From Ignavibacteriota bacterium (GTDB lineage Bacteria > Bacteroidota > Ignavibacteria > UBA10030 > UBA6906), in assembly GCA_963748405.1 (NCBI GenBank), contig CAVVIT010000002.1, positions 276,976 to 340,975 on the forward strand: a stretch of DNA of 64,000 nt, given 5' to 3'. Position 1 is the first letter of the stretch, and each line of letters begins with the position of its first letter. The translations under genes were made by a program, and so were the position numbers. The notes under the pieces are model-generated. The model saw only the letters and a program-made list of their open reading frames with translations, was not told where the DNA came from and ran no database searches. This document shows, piece after piece, positions 9,365 through 19,883 of the stretch.

Positions 9365-10160
9365 CGAGGCGGTCCGGTTCCTGAGAACCAGGACCTCGAT
9401 GGAGCCCGCCGTAGGCATCATACTGGGCACCGGGCTCGGGGGACTGGCGCGCGAAATCGTCCCGGAGACGGTCATCGACTACGGGGAGATACCCCATTTT
9501 CCCCTCTCGACGGTCGAATCCCACCACGGCAAGCTGATATTCGGCAGGCTCGGCGGGAAGCAGGTCATCGCGATGCAGGGGCGCTTCCATTACTATGAAG
9601 GCTACTCGATGGAGCAGGTGACGTTTCCCGTCCGGGTGATGAAATTCCTGGGGGTCACGACGCTGCTCATCTCCAACGCGGCCGGGGGGATGAACCCGCA
9701 GTTTTCGCGGGGGAGCATTATGGTCATCACCGACCACATCAACCTCCTCGGGGACAACCCGCTCATCGGGCCCAATGACGACACCTTGGGCCCCCGGTTT
9801 CCGGACATGTCGGAGCCGTACAGCAGGAACCTGATCGCGCTGGCCGGCCAGGTTGCGCTCGACCTGAAGATCCGGATCGAACGCGGCGTCTTCGTGGCGG
9901 TCCCCGGTCCCAACCTGGAGACGCGCGCCGAATACAGGTTCCTCCGGCTCATCGGCGCCGACGCGGTCGGCATGTCGACGGTCCCGGAGAACATCGTGGC
10001 AAACCACATGGGGCTCCGTGTTCTCGGGTTTTCGATCATCACGGACGAATGTTTCCCGGATTCGCTCCAGGTGGCCAGGGTGGAAGAGATCATCGCCGTG
10101 GCGGGGAAGACGGAACCGCACCTGACGGCGATCATGAAGGGCGTCGTGGAGCGGCTCTGA
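9339..10160 (+). CDS. punA: purine nucleoside phosphorylase (PNP/MTAP family I)
   Basis: 273 aa. PNP phosphate- and nucleoside-binding motifs. Confidence 0.85.
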   Translation: MTELRKRIDEAVRFLRTRTSMEPAVGIILGTGLGGLAREIVPETVIDYGEIPHFPLSTVESHHGKLIFGRLGGKQVIAMQGRFHYYEGYSMEQVTFPVRVMKFLGVTTLLISNAAGGMNPQFSRGSIMVITDHINLLGDNPLIGPNDDTLGPRFPDMSEPYSRNLIALAGQVALDLKIRIERGVFVAVPGPNLETRAEYRFLRLIGADAVGMSTVPENIVANHMGLRVLGFSIITDECFPDSLQVARVEEIIAVAGKTEPHLTAIMKGVVERL

Positions 10161-10183
10161 ATCAGTCAATCGTTACAGGGACA

Positions 10184-13100
10184 ATGTTCAAGGAACTCAC
10201 GGACAGGCTTTCGTACCCCTCGGTGGAAAAGGAGATCCTCGCTTTCTGGAAGGAGCGGGGGATCTTCGCGAAGAGCATTGCCCTGCGCGAAGGGCGCCCC
10301 GGGTTCACGTTCTACGAAGGCCCCCCCACCGCGAACGGACGTCCGGGCATCCACCACATCATGGCGCGCACGCTGAAGGATCTTGTGTGCCGGTACAGGA
10401 CGATGCGGGGATTCCAGGTGCACCGGAAAGCCGGGTGGGACACGCACGGACTTCCCGTCGAGATCGAAGTCGAGAAGCAGCTCGGCTTCAAGCACAAGGA
10501 AGACATCGTCCGTTACGGCGTCGCGGAATTCAACAGGAAGTGCCAGGAATCGGTCTGGAAGTACAAGGCCGACTGGGAGAACATGACCGAGCAGATGGGG
10601 TACTGGGTCGACATGAGCGACCCGTACATCACGCTCAAGAACGAGTATATCGAATCCGTCTGGTGGGCCCTGAAGAGGTTCTTCGACGGCGGGATGATCT
10701 ACAAGGGGTACAAGATCCAGCCGTACTGCCCCCGCTGCGAAACCCCGCTTTCCTCGCACGAAGTCTCGCTCGGGTACGACGACGTGAAGGATCCGAGCGT
10801 CTATGTCCGGATGAAACTCAAAGACGTCCCGGACACCTCGTTCCTTGTCTGGACCACCACGCCGTGGACGCTGATCGCGAACGTCGCGCTCGCCGTCGCG
10901 CCGGCCGTCACGTACGTGAAGGTCGATCACAGGGGGGAGAAGCTCATCCTCGCCGAGGCGCGCCTGGGAGTCCTCGAGGGAGAATACACGGTCCTGGAAA
11001 AATTCCCCGGGTCGGCTCTCGCCGGGAAAGAGTACGAGAGGATATTCAATTACCACCCGGTGCGCGAAAAGGCGTTTTACGTCGTCGAAGCCCCGTTCGT
11101 CACGACGGAGGACGGCACCGGCATCGTCCACATGGCGCCGGCGTACGGCGAAGACGATTACCAGACCTCGAAGAAATACGGCCTGCCCACGATCCATCCC
11201 GTCAACCGGAGCGGAGAATTCGGTCCCGACGTCCCGGACTTCGCGGGGAAATTCGTCAAGGACGCCGACCTGGACATTATCCGGGTTCTGAAAGAGCGTC
11301 ACATCCTCTACCGGAAAGAGACGATCACGCACAGCTATCCCCATTGCTGGCGCTGCAAGACGCCTCTGTTGTATTACGCGCGCGATTCGTGGTACATACG
11401 CACGACGCAGTATGCGAAGAGGATGATCGAGCTCAACAAACAGATCACCTGGGTCCCCCCCGAAGTCGGCGAAGGCCGGTTCGGCAACTGGCTCGAAGAG
11501 AACAAGGACTGGGCCCTCTCGCGCGACCGCTTCTGGGGGACGCCCCTCCCGATCTGGGTCTGCGAAAAGTGCGGAGCGCAGAAATGCGTCGGCAGCATCG
11601 CCGAGTACCGCCAGGGGCGCGGCGTGAAGGAGCCGCTCGACCTTCACAAGCCGTTCGTCGACGACGTCACGTTCAACTGCGCGTGCGGCGGGACGATGCG
11701 GCGGACGCCGGAGCTCATCGACGTCTGGTTCGATTCCGGGGCCATGCCGTTTGCCCAGTGGCACTATCCGTTCGAACACCGGGCGTTCATCGATTCGGGG
11801 GAGCGCTACCCGGCGGATTTCATCTCCGAGGGCATCGACCAGACGCGCGGGTGGTTTTACTCGCTGCACGCCATCGGCACGTATCTCTTCGACAGGCCGG
11901 CGTATTCCGCGGTCATGGTCAACGAGCTCATCCTGGACAAGACCGGGAAAAAGATGTCGAAGTCGGTCGGCAACACGGTCGATCCATTTGCGATCATGAC
12001 GAAGTACGGTGCCGACACGACCCGGTGGTACCTTGTCAGCACCAGCCCCCCCTGGCGTCCGACGATGTTCGACGAAGAGGGACTCGCCGACGTTCAGCGG
12101 AAGTTCTTCGGCACGCTCGTCAACACGTACGCGTTCTTCGCCATGTACGCCAATATCGACGCGTTTGCGTACGCGGAGCCGCGCATTCCGGTCGCGGGAA
12201 GGCAGGAGATCGACAGGTGGATCATCTCCGAACTTCATTCGATGATCCGGCGTTATTCGGCCCAGATGGAGGCCTTTGACGTCACGAAGGCGGCCCGGAG
12301 CGTGAGCGACTTCACAATAGATCAATTGTCGAATTGGTATGTTCGCAGGAACCGCCGCCGGTTCTGGAAGAGCGAAAAAGGGGGCGACAAGCTTGCGGCC
12401 TACCAGACGCTGTACGAATGCCTGGTCGCCGTGGCCAAGCTCATGGCCCCCTTCGCCCCGTTCCTGGCGGAGGAGCTGTACAGGAACCTCAACGGGATCA
12501 CGCACCGGGAAGAGACCGAATCGGTCCATCTTGCGCTGATGCCCGAGCCCGTCGGCGCCGAGATCGACGCGGCGCTGGAAGAGCGGATGGAGAGGGCCGA
12601 AAAGATCGTCATGCTCGTCCGCGCGATGCGCATGAAATCGAACATCAAGGTGCGCCAGCCCCTGAGCCGCATCATCCTGCCCATCGCGGGGGAGCAGGAG
12701 CGGGAGGATGTCCGGCGCATGGAAGACGTCATCCTGGACGAGATCAACGTCAAGGCGGTCGAATACGTGGGGGACGAATCGGGGATCGTCAGGAGAACCG
12801 CGAAACCCAATTTCAAGTCGATCGGACCGAAGTTCGGGAAATCAGTCCAGCAGGTCGCCCTGCGCATCCGCGATCTCACCGAGAGCGAGATCGGCAGGCT
12901 CGAACAAGAGGGGACGCTCTCCCTGGGCGTGAACGGAACGACGGTCACGATCGCCCGGGAGGACGTCGAGATCCTGCGCGAGGACATCAAGGGATGGCTC
13001 GTCGAATCGGACGGGACGATCACCGTCGCCCTTGACACGGAAATGACGGAGGAACTTCTCGCGGAAGGGATCGCGCGGGAGTTCGTCAACCGCGTGCAGA

Positions 13101-13324
13101 ACATGAGGAAGGACGCGGGGTTCGCGGTGACCGATCACATCACGATCGCCCTGCGGGCGTCCGTCAAGCTCACCTCCACGCTCGGCGACAGGCGCGCGTA
13201 CATCACCGCGGAGACGCTTGCGGATGAGCTGTCGGCGGAATTCCATGAGGGCGAATTCACGGCATCATTTGATCTGAACGGAGAGGAGATCACGGCGAGT
13301 ATTGCCCGCCGCGGAAGGCATTAA
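10184..13324 (+). CDS. ileS: isoleucine--tRNA ligase (type 2, about 1046 aa)
   Basis: HIGH motif (IHHIMART), KMSKS, editing domain. Start placed at ATG 10184 (MFKELTDRLSYP) just after the PNP stop; the ORF is open further upstream. Confidence 0.9.
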   Translation: MFKELTDRLSYPSVEKEILAFWKERGIFAKSIALREGRPGFTFYEGPPTANGRPGIHHIMARTLKDLVCRYRTMRGFQVHRKAGWDTHGLPVEIEVEKQLGFKHKEDIVRYGVAEFNRKCQESVWKYKADWENMTEQMGYWVDMSDPYITLKNEYIESVWWALKRFFDGGMIYKGYKIQPYCPRCETPLSSHEVSLGYDDVKDPSVYVRMKLKDVPDTSFLVWTTTPWTLIANVALAVAPAVTYVKVDHRGEKLILAEARLGVLEGEYTVLEKFPGSALAGKEYERIFNYHPVREKAFYVVEAPFVTTEDGTGIVHMAPAYGEDDYQTSKKYGLPTIHPVNRSGEFGPDVPDFAGKFVKDADLDIIRVLKERHILYRKETITHSYPHCWRCKTPLLYYARDSWYIRTTQYAKRMIELNKQITWVPPEVGEGRFGNWLEENKDWALSRDRFWGTPLPIWVCEKCGAQKCVGSIAEYRQGRGVKEPLDLHKPFVDDVTFNCACGGTMRRTPELIDVWFDSGAMPFAQWHYPFEHRAFIDSGERYPADFISEGIDQTRGWFYSLHAIGTYLFDRPAYSAVMVNELILDKTGKKMSKSVGNTVDPFAIMTKYGADTTRWYLVSTSPPWRPTMFDEEGLADVQRKFFGTLVNTYAFFAMYANIDAFAYAEPRIPVAGRQEIDRWIISELHSMIRRYSAQMEAFDVTKAARSVSDFTIDQLSNWYVRRNRRRFWKSEKGGDKLAAYQTLYECLVAVAKLMAPFAPFLAEELYRNLNGITHREETESVHLALMPEPVGAEIDAALEERMERAEKIVMLVRAMRMKSNIKVRQPLSRIILPIAGEQEREDVRRMEDVILDEINVKAVEYVGDESGIVRRTAKPNFKSIGPKFGKSVQQVALRIRDLTESEIGRLEQEGTLSLGVNGTTVTIAREDVEILREDIKGWLVESDGTITVALDTEMTEELLAEGIAREFVNRVQNMRKDAGFAVTDHITIALRASVKLTSTLGDRRAYITAETLADELSAEFHEGEFTASFDLNGEEITASIARRGRH

Positions 13325-13352
13325 CCGATTTTCAAAAGGAGAACACACGGCA

Positions 13353-13964
13353 ATGGCGACAAAAAAGGGGTCGAAGGCGGTTGTCAAAAGCACCGTGCAG
13401 ATCATGAAGGAAAAGACCGCTGCCAGGGCCAGGCAGAACAAAAAGGCCGGCGCCGGCCCGAAGAAGGCCTCCGCGGCGAAGACGGAGAAGAGCCCATCCC
13501 GGAAGGCACCGACCGCGCGGATGATCGCACAGGTCGCAGCGGCGCCGAAGGCCTATCCCCCGGAGGATCTGAAACACTTCAGGGAAATGATCCTTGCCAA
13601 GCGGAAAGAAACCGTCGAGGAGCTTGATTCCCTGAAGGAGAGCATGATGGACGTCACCACCGGGGAATACATCAGCGAGAGTTCGAACTACTCCCTGCAC
13701 ATGGAGCAGGGTACCGACGCGATGGAACGGGAGAAGACATTCCTGTTCGCCTCCCGCGGGAGCAAATTCGTCAACCAGCTTGACGACGCGCTGGCGAGGA
13801 TCGACGCGAAGACCTACGGCGTCTGCAAGACGTGCGGGCTCCTTGTGCCCAAAGAGCGGCTCGAAGCCGTTCCCACGGCACAGACCTGCGCAGAGTACAA
13901 GAACACGGGGCTCCCGTGCGAAAAGGGGCGGATCGCTCTGGCAAAAAAGAAGGCGGGGAAGTAG
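13353..13964 (+). CDS. TraR/DksA family C4-type zinc-finger protein
   Basis: C-terminal CKTCGLLVP...TAQTCAEYK Cys4 finger. ileS-dksA-lspA synteny. AAAGGAG Shine-Dalgarno-like sequence before ATG 13353. Confidence 0.8.
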   Translation: MATKKGSKAVVKSTVQIMKEKTAARARQNKKAGAGPKKASAAKTEKSPSRKAPTARMIAQVAAAPKAYPPEDLKHFREMILAKRKETVEELDSLKESMMDVTTGEYISESSNYSLHMEQGTDAMEREKTFLFASRGSKFVNQLDDALARIDAKTYGVCKTCGLLVPKERLEAVPTAQTCAEYKNTGLPCEKGRIALAKKKAGK

Positions 13965-13967
13965 CGC

Positions 13968-14585
13968 GTGAGGGTGCTCTTTTTTTCATTCATCATCGTC
14001 GTCAGCGACCAGCTCGCCAAGATCTTCGTCAAGGGAGCGTCGATCCCCGCGCTCGGGATATCCCTGAGCGGCGTCCCCTACGGTTCCAGCCGCCCGTTCC
14101 TGGGGAATTTCCTCCGGCTCACGTACATCGAGAACCCGGGGATGGCCTTCGGCATCGACATCGGGGGAAAGCTCTTTTTCTCCCTCTTTTCCGTTGCCGC
14201 CAGCGCCGCCATCGTCGCCTACATGTACCACGCCCGGAGGGAGTCGTTCGGGTTCCGGATCTCGCTCGCGATGATCCTGGGCGGGGCGCTCGGCAACCTG
14301 ATCGACCGGGTCTTCTACGGCGTCATGTACGGCGACGCGCCCCTGTTCTACGGGAAGGTCGTCGACTTCCTGGACATGAATTTCTTCGACATTAACATCT
14401 TCGGATACCAGCTGACGCGGTGGCCCGTCTTCAACATCGCCGACGCCTCCGTTACGCTCGGCGTGGTTCTTCTCCTGTTTTTCCACAGGTCGGCCGGTGC
14501 GGCGGAGCAGGCCGAAGGGCCAGGGCCCTACGCGCCCGGGCCGGCCGGTGAAGCCGCCGACCACGGGACGCAGACCCGGAAGTAG
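13968..14585 (+). CDS. lspA: lipoprotein signal peptidase II
   Basis: LspA motifs LGNLIDR and FNIAD; four transmembrane segments; GTG start. Confidence 0.85.
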   Translation: MRVLFFSFIIVVSDQLAKIFVKGASIPALGISLSGVPYGSSRPFLGNFLRLTYIENPGMAFGIDIGGKLFFSLFSVAASAAIVAYMYHARRESFGFRISLAMILGGALGNLIDRVFYGVMYGDAPLFYGKVVDFLDMNFFDINIFGYQLTRWPVFNIADASVTLGVVLLLFFHRSAGAAEQAEGPGPYAPGPAGEAADHGTQTRK

Positions 14586-14631
14586 CGGCGCCTCGCACCG
14601 GCTTCCGGCGCCGGCCGCACACACTCCTCCT

Positions 14632-15606
14632 ATGCCACACGTCCTCGAGATCAGGGTCCCTCCCGGCAAGAAGAAAGAGCGGCTGGATATCTACATCACC
14701 GGCCATGTCGAGAACGCGACGAGAAACAAAGTGCAGCAGGCCATCCGCAAAGGGACGGTCCTCGTCAACGGCAAAGAGGTCCGGCCGAGTTACACGGTGA
14801 TGCCGGACGACGTCATTGCCATCTCGCTCCCCGGCCCGCCTCCCGCCGATGCGCTCCCGGAGAACATACCGGTGGAGATCCTCTTCGAGGACGACGACCT
14901 GATCGTCGTGAACAAGCCCGCCGGCATGGTGACGCATCCCGCGCACGGCAATTACACCGGGACGCTCGTCAACGCGCTCCTCTATCACTGCGGGAAACTC
15001 GCTTCGGGCGCCGACCCTGTCCGGCCGGGGATCGTCCACCGCCTCGACAAGGAGACATCCGGCGTCATGGTCGTCGCGAAAAACGAAAACGCGCACGCGA
15101 AGCTGGCCCTGCAGTTCGCCCGGCGGACGATCCGGCGCGAGTACCAGGCGGTCGTCTGGGGACGGTTCCGGGAATCCTCCGGGCTCATCGAGGCCGAACT
15201 GGGCAGGAGCAAATCCGACCGGAAGAAAATGGCCGTCGTCGACGGCGGAAAGTCCGCGGCCACCGAGTTCACGGTCCTCGAGCAGTTTCCCTACCTTGCG
15301 CTCCTCCGCCTGAAGCTCCGCACCGGGAGGACGCACCAGATCCGGGTCCATCTCTCGCACATCAACCATCCCGTCTTCGGGGATCCGACGTACAACGGGA
15401 GGCGCATCGTCTGGGGGAGCGGAGGGGGAGGGCAGAAAGCGCAGGTGCAGCGGTTCCTTCTCATGATGCCGCGGCAGGCGCTGCATGCGAAGACGCTCGG
15501 GTTCCTGCATCCCGTGAACCGGCAGGAGATGTATTTTGACACCCCTCTCCCCCCCGATATGGGGGGGCTCCTGGAGGCGCTGAGATCGGCGCCCCCGGAC
15601 CGATAA
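14632..15606 (+). CDS. rluD: RluA-family 23S rRNA pseudouridine synthase (RluD-like, with S4 domain)
   Basis: N-terminal S4 domain; catalytic motif HRLDKETSGVMVVAK. Start at ATG 14632 (MPHVLEIRV). Confidence 0.85.
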   Translation: MPHVLEIRVPPGKKKERLDIYITGHVENATRNKVQQAIRKGTVLVNGKEVRPSYTVMPDDVIAISLPGPPPADALPENIPVEILFEDDDLIVVNKPAGMVTHPAHGNYTGTLVNALLYHCGKLASGADPVRPGIVHRLDKETSGVMVVAKNENAHAKLALQFARRTIRREYQAVVWGRFRESSGLIEAELGRSKSDRKKMAVVDGGKSAATEFTVLEQFPYLALLRLKLRTGRTHQIRVHLSHINHPVFGDPTYNGRRIVWGSGGGGQKAQVQRFLLMMPRQALHAKTLGFLHPVNRQEMYFDTPLPPDMGGLLEALRSAPPDR

Positions 15607-15735
15607 AGGGGCGAACGGGGCCGTCCAGGGGAGTTTTCAGGCGCTGTGATTCGAAGCACGCACGTTGTGCCTGATCTTTCCGAACTTTTTCCCCATATTT
15701 TGGTTACATATGAACACTCATAGGAGAGAGACAGA

Positions 15736-16641
15736 ATGAACCTGCTTTCACGCTTGGCACGGCTCCGCGCCCTTGCGGCGACATGCACGCTCCTTGCGAT
15801 TGCCGCGACGGGGAACGCGCAGTCGCTTGAATCGACGCTCCAGCAATTCGCCGCCGACGCGGTGAAGGGGTACATTCAGCCTGCGGCGGACCTGTTCGGC
15901 ACGAACATGAATGCCGGCATGTTCCATTCCGCGGAAATCCCCAGGATGGGGTTCCACCTGAGCCTTGATATCGTCGGCATGGCTTCCATGGTGGGGGACA
16001 ACCAGAAGACCTACACGCTCAATTCGCCCGCGGGATTCAATCCCGCGACGTTCCAGACGGCGACGCTGTTCGGCGGCAAAGCGGGAACCGTGACGGACGT
16101 GAACACCAGCCTCACCTACAGGGGATTCGCCGACGGGCTCGTCAAAACGTCCGTCGTTCCACTGGCCGCGCCGCAGCTCACGATCGGGGATCTCTTCGGG
16201 ACCCGCGCGGTTATACGGTTTCTTGCCACCCCCGCGATCGACCCGTACCCGAAGGCGACGCTCTGGGGGATCGGCGTCCAGCACAGCATCAGCCAGTATC
16301 TTCCCATGATCCCGCTCGACGTGGCCGCGCACGTGTTCTACAACAAGTTCACGTTCGGCGACCTGATCAATTTCAACGGCACGTCGATCGGCATCGACGC
16401 CAGCAAGAGCTGGTCCGTCCTCAGGGTGTACGGCGGTCTCGCATGGGAAAAGAGCAGCATGGAAGTGAAGTACACGCCGGACAACACGACGTTCGCGCCG
16501 GTGGACATCACCATGGACGGGGCGAACAATTTCCGCGCCACGGTGGGTCTCTGCATCCATGTCGTGTTCTTCTCGATTTTTGCGGACGCCAACTTCGGGT
16601 CCATAACGAACTATTCCGCCGGCATCGGCTTCGGGGGCTGA
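15736..16641 (+). CDS. secreted / outer-membrane beta-rich hypothetical protein
   Basis: 301 aa. Signal peptide (ATCTLLAIAATGNAQS); beta-strand-rich; C-terminal ...AGIGFGG. Confidence 0.65.
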   Translation: MNLLSRLARLRALAATCTLLAIAATGNAQSLESTLQQFAADAVKGYIQPAADLFGTNMNAGMFHSAEIPRMGFHLSLDIVGMASMVGDNQKTYTLNSPAGFNPATFQTATLFGGKAGTVTDVNTSLTYRGFADGLVKTSVVPLAAPQLTIGDLFGTRAVIRFLATPAIDPYPKATLWGIGVQHSISQYLPMIPLDVAAHVFYNKFTFGDLINFNGTSIGIDASKSWSVLRVYGGLAWEKSSMEVKYTPDNTTFAPVDITMDGANNFRATVGLCIHVVFFSIFADANFGSITNYSAGIGFGG

Positions 16642-16701
16642 CGGCACGCCGCCGGAGCTCCGACACAACACGGAATCTGACTACATCTGGGGAGAATCTG
16701 T

Positions 16702-17223
16702 ATGAAAACACGCTTTCTTGTGCTTTGCGTTCTTGCCGCCCTGCCGCTGATGGCGTTCAACTGCGTGACGGACTCGTTCACGATCGCGCTCAATCTCAAG
16801 CCGTTCAACGGCACGTACAACATCAACGCCGGAACGAACCCGAACTACGGCGGATTTTTCACGGTGAGCCCCGACTCGATGTACGACATCGCGGGCTATG
16901 CGCTTGACGGTGCGTCGGTGTACGACGTGCGCATCCAGACCGCGGGTCCGGACCTCGGTACGTGCAGCGGCACCGTGACGGTGAACGGCACGTTGCTCAT
17001 CACGTACAACGGGCCGTGGACGGCGTTCAACACACCGCAGTCCCTGATCACCTCTCAGTACATCCGGAGAAATCAGCCCGGCATCAACGCGCTTGTCAGC
17101 GCGGTGACGGGCGGGCAGCTCATCACGTTCACCGTCCAGGGGTCGATCACGAAGACCCCGGTCCCCACGGGGTGCTCGCTCATCTGTTCGGCCTACGTCC
17201 AGGCGTACGGCCACAAGAGGTAG
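16702..17223 (+). CDS. small secreted Cys-containing hypothetical protein
   Basis: 173 aa. Signal peptide MKTRFLVLCVLAALPLMA; 6 Cys; same strand as and 60 bp after the previous gene. Confidence 0.6.
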   Translation: MKTRFLVLCVLAALPLMAFNCVTDSFTIALNLKPFNGTYNINAGTNPNYGGFFTVSPDSMYDIAGYALDGASVYDVRIQTAGPDLGTCSGTVTVNGTLLITYNGPWTAFNTPQSLITSQYIRRNQPGINALVSAVTGGQLITFTVQGSITKTPVPTGCSLICSAYVQAYGHKR

Positions 17224-17323
17224 TCTCCCCGCACAATCCGGGAAATGTTCCCCGGAAATCACGGATTGTCATACGCGCCGTGGCGCCGAAAGGCTCCACG
17301 GCGCTTCTGTCTGTTGCACAGGG

Positions 17324-18565
17324 GTGTCCAGTTTCGTAGATTACTCCCCGATGACCGACGAACGGACACATCTCCTCGGCATGACGAGGGAGGAGCTCTC
17401 GGCGTACGTGCGCGCGGCCGGGGAGCCCGCCTACAGGGGGACGCAGCTGTACAGGTGGCTGTACGGCCGCGGGGTCACGTCGTTTGACGAGATGACCGAT
17501 CTCGGCAGGGAGCTCAGGAGCCGGCTCGGTGAGCGGGCTGTCCCCGGGGGCCCGGTGCTTGAAAAGAGCCGGCGATCGCAGAGGGACGAAACCGTCAAGC
17601 TCCTCTTCTCCCTCCACGACGGCATGAGCGTGGAAAGCGTGATCATTCCCCCCGCCGCCGGCCGGTCCGGCCCGGGGGGAAGAGAATCCGAAGAGCCGGG
17701 GCGGCTCACGGTCTGCGTCTCCACGCAGGTCGGGTGTCCGCTGGACTGTGCATTCTGCGCGACCGGTACGATGGGGTTCCGGCGCAACCTGGCGGCGGGC
17801 GAAATCGTCGGGCAGGTGCTTGCGGCCCGGCGCGAGGCGGGAAGGGAGATCACCAACGTGGTCTTCATGGGGATGGGAGAGCCCCTGCTCAACTACGACG
17901 CGGTCATGAAAGCCGCCGACCTGCTGGTCGCCGGCGCGGGGATTACCGCACGGCGGATCACCGTCTCGACCGCGGGAAGGGTGGAGGAGATCCGCAGGAT
18001 GGCCGACGAGAACCGGCGCTTCCGGCTCGCGGTATCCCTCCACAGCGCGGTGGACGTGACCCGCACCCGGCTGATGCCGATCAACAGGAAGTTCGGCCTC
18101 CGCGCGCTCACCGAAGCCATGGAGTATTACTACCGCAGGACGAAACAGCGTCTCACGTTCGAGGTGGTGTTCTTCGACGGGATCAATGACGCCCCCCGGG
18201 ACGTCCAGAGGCTGATCGCGCTCGCGCGCAGGGTGCCGTCCAAGATCAACATCATCCCCTTTCACACGATCGGCTTCACGCACCCGCGGGGGTTTGCCGC
18301 GCAGCTCGCGCCGTCCCCCCGCGTGGAAGAAATCGCCGACGGGCTCCGGAAGGCGAAGCTGACCGTCATGGTGCGCGCGAGTGCCGGAGAGGATATCGAG
18401 GCGGCGTGCGGGCAGCTTGCGCTCGCCGACAATCATTCACCCACACATCACACAGGATCGACACAACATGCGCGTTCTTCTGTTCGGGCCGCCGGGAGTG
18501 GGGAAGGGAACACAGGCAAAGATGCTTTCCGAAGAACTGGGAGTCCCCCACATATCGACGGGTGA
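17324..18565 (+). CDS. rlmN: 23S rRNA (adenine2503-C2)/tRNA methyltransferase RlmN (radical SAM)
   Basis: CPLDCAFCATG radical-SAM cluster; C-terminal ...EAACGQLA. The ORF runs 98 nt into adk in another frame; the true start may be ATG 17351. Confidence 0.8.
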   Translation: MSSFVDYSPMTDERTHLLGMTREELSAYVRAAGEPAYRGTQLYRWLYGRGVTSFDEMTDLGRELRSRLGERAVPGGPVLEKSRRSQRDETVKLLFSLHDGMSVESVIIPPAAGRSGPGGRESEEPGRLTVCVSTQVGCPLDCAFCATGTMGFRRNLAAGEIVGQVLAARREAGREITNVVFMGMGEPLLNYDAVMKAADLLVAGAGITARRITVSTAGRVEEIRRMADENRRFRLAVSLHSAVDVTRTRLMPINRKFGLRALTEAMEYYYRRTKQRLTFEVVFFDGINDAPRDVQRLIALARRVPSKINIIPFHTIGFTHPRGFAAQLAPSPRVEEIADGLRKAKLTVMVRASAGEDIEAACGQLALADNHSPTHHTGSTQHARSSVRAAGSGEGNTGKDAFRRTGSPPHIDG

Positions 18566-19124
18566 CATGCTGCGCGCGGCCGCGGCGGGGGGGACGTCTC
18601 TCGGGAAGCAGGCAAAGGCGATCATGGACAACGGGAAGCTCGTTCCCGATGAGATCATGATCGGCATCGTGCGCGAGGTGCTGGCATCGGATCGTACCCG
18701 GAGGGGATTCATCCTCGACGGTTTTCCGCGGACGCTTCCCCAGGCGAAGGCGCTCTCCCGCATATTCGAGGACCTGGGCATCCGTGAGTTCAAGGTCGTC
18801 GACATCAGCGCCGACGACGAAGAGATCATCCACCGCCTGTCGAGCCGCCTCGTCTGCCCGAAGGACGGACGCATCTACAACACCGAGACGGACGGGCTCT
18901 CCGCGGGAGAGGCCTGCCCGGCGTGCGGCACGGCCCTCACGCAGCGGGACGACGACAGGGAACAGACGGTCCGGGAACGGCTGAAGGTGTACCACGGCAC
19001 CACCGAGCCGGTCCTTCACTATTACAGGGCAAGCGGGGTCGTGCTGAGCGTTGACGGGACGGGATCCATCGACGTCGTCAACAGGGAAATCAAGCTCATG
19101 CTCCAGGATTCTCACCCGGTGTGA
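18468..19124 (+). CDS. adk: adenylate kinase (with zinc lid CxxC...CxxC)
   Basis: MRVLLFGPPGVGKGTQAK P-loop; lid CPKDGRIYN...CPACG. Confidence 0.9.
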   Translation: MRVLLFGPPGVGKGTQAKMLSEELGVPHISTGDMLRAAAAGGTSLGKQAKAIMDNGKLVPDEIMIGIVREVLASDRTRRGFILDGFPRTLPQAKALSRIFEDLGIREFKVVDISADDEEIIHRLSSRLVCPKDGRIYNTETDGLSAGEACPACGTALTQRDDDREQTVRERLKVYHGTTEPVLHYYRASGVVLSVDGTGSIDVVNREIKLMLQDSHPV

Positions 19125-19879
19125 GTCCGTCCGGGGGACATCGGCCGCTGGTCGTCGCGCACCGCGGCAGTTCGGGCTCCGCTCCCGAGAACACGATGGC
19201 CGCCTTCCGCGCGGCGGTCGAGGCGGGGGCGGACATGATTGAATTCGACGTCCGCATGACCCGCGATTTCGAGCTTGTCGTCCATCACGACAGGAGCCTG
19301 GGGCGCACCTCCGACGGGAGCGGGCGCATCTGGGACCTGACGCTCGGTGACCTCCGCGGCGTGGACGCGGGGTCGTGGCACTCGAAGAAGTTCGCCGGGG
19401 AGCGGATACCGACGCTCCGGCAGGTTCTCCAGGAGATCCCCGTTTCCGTGGGCCTCAATATCGAAGTGAAGACCGACGGAGACAGGCGCCGTTCGCTGGC
19501 CCTCCCGGAGTCGGTCCTCCTGCTCATCCGGGAAGCCCGGCGGCAGGACACGGTCATCGTCTCCTCGTTCGATCACCCGTTTCTCCGCCGGCTGCACCAC
19601 CTCGATCCCTCCCTCCGGCTCGGCGTTCTTGTCGTCCCCCTGCGCGACCGGTTCAGATCCCCCACGCAGCTCGCGAAACGGGCGGGGGCCCGGATGTTCA
19701 TCTGCAGCCGCACGCAGCTTCGCGCCCGGCACGTGCGGGACGCGCGCGCGTCGGGGCTCGGGATCGCCGTCTACGGCGTGAACTCGGCGGCGGACCTGTC
19801 GCGGGCGCTCCGCGCGGGAGTGGACGCGGTGATCACCGACAACCCGGCACGGATCATCCGTGCGATCAGGAGCACCTGA
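19121..19879 (+). CDS. glycerophosphodiester phosphodiesterase family protein
   Basis: GDPD signature VVAHRGSSGSAPENT. GTG start overlapping the adk stop as GTGA. Confidence 0.8.
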   Translation: MSPSGGHRPLVVAHRGSSGSAPENTMAAFRAAVEAGADMIEFDVRMTRDFELVVHHDRSLGRTSDGSGRIWDLTLGDLRGVDAGSWHSKKFAGERIPTLRQVLQEIPVSVGLNIEVKTDGDRRRSLALPESVLLLIREARRQDTVIVSSFDHPFLRRLHHLDPSLRLGVLVVPLRDRFRSPTQLAKRAGARMFICSRTQLRARHVRDARASGLGIAVYGVNSAADLSRALRAGVDAVITDNPARIIRAIRST

Positions 19880-19883
19880 GCCC

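Noticed and set aside
15607-15735. Bacteroidetes-type TAnnTTTG -7 promoter upstream of 15736
   Set aside because: It is only a near-match (TATTTTGG). The one unambiguous promoter in the window (45990-46018) is classical sigma70, so Bacteroidetes-style promoter calls are unsafe here.
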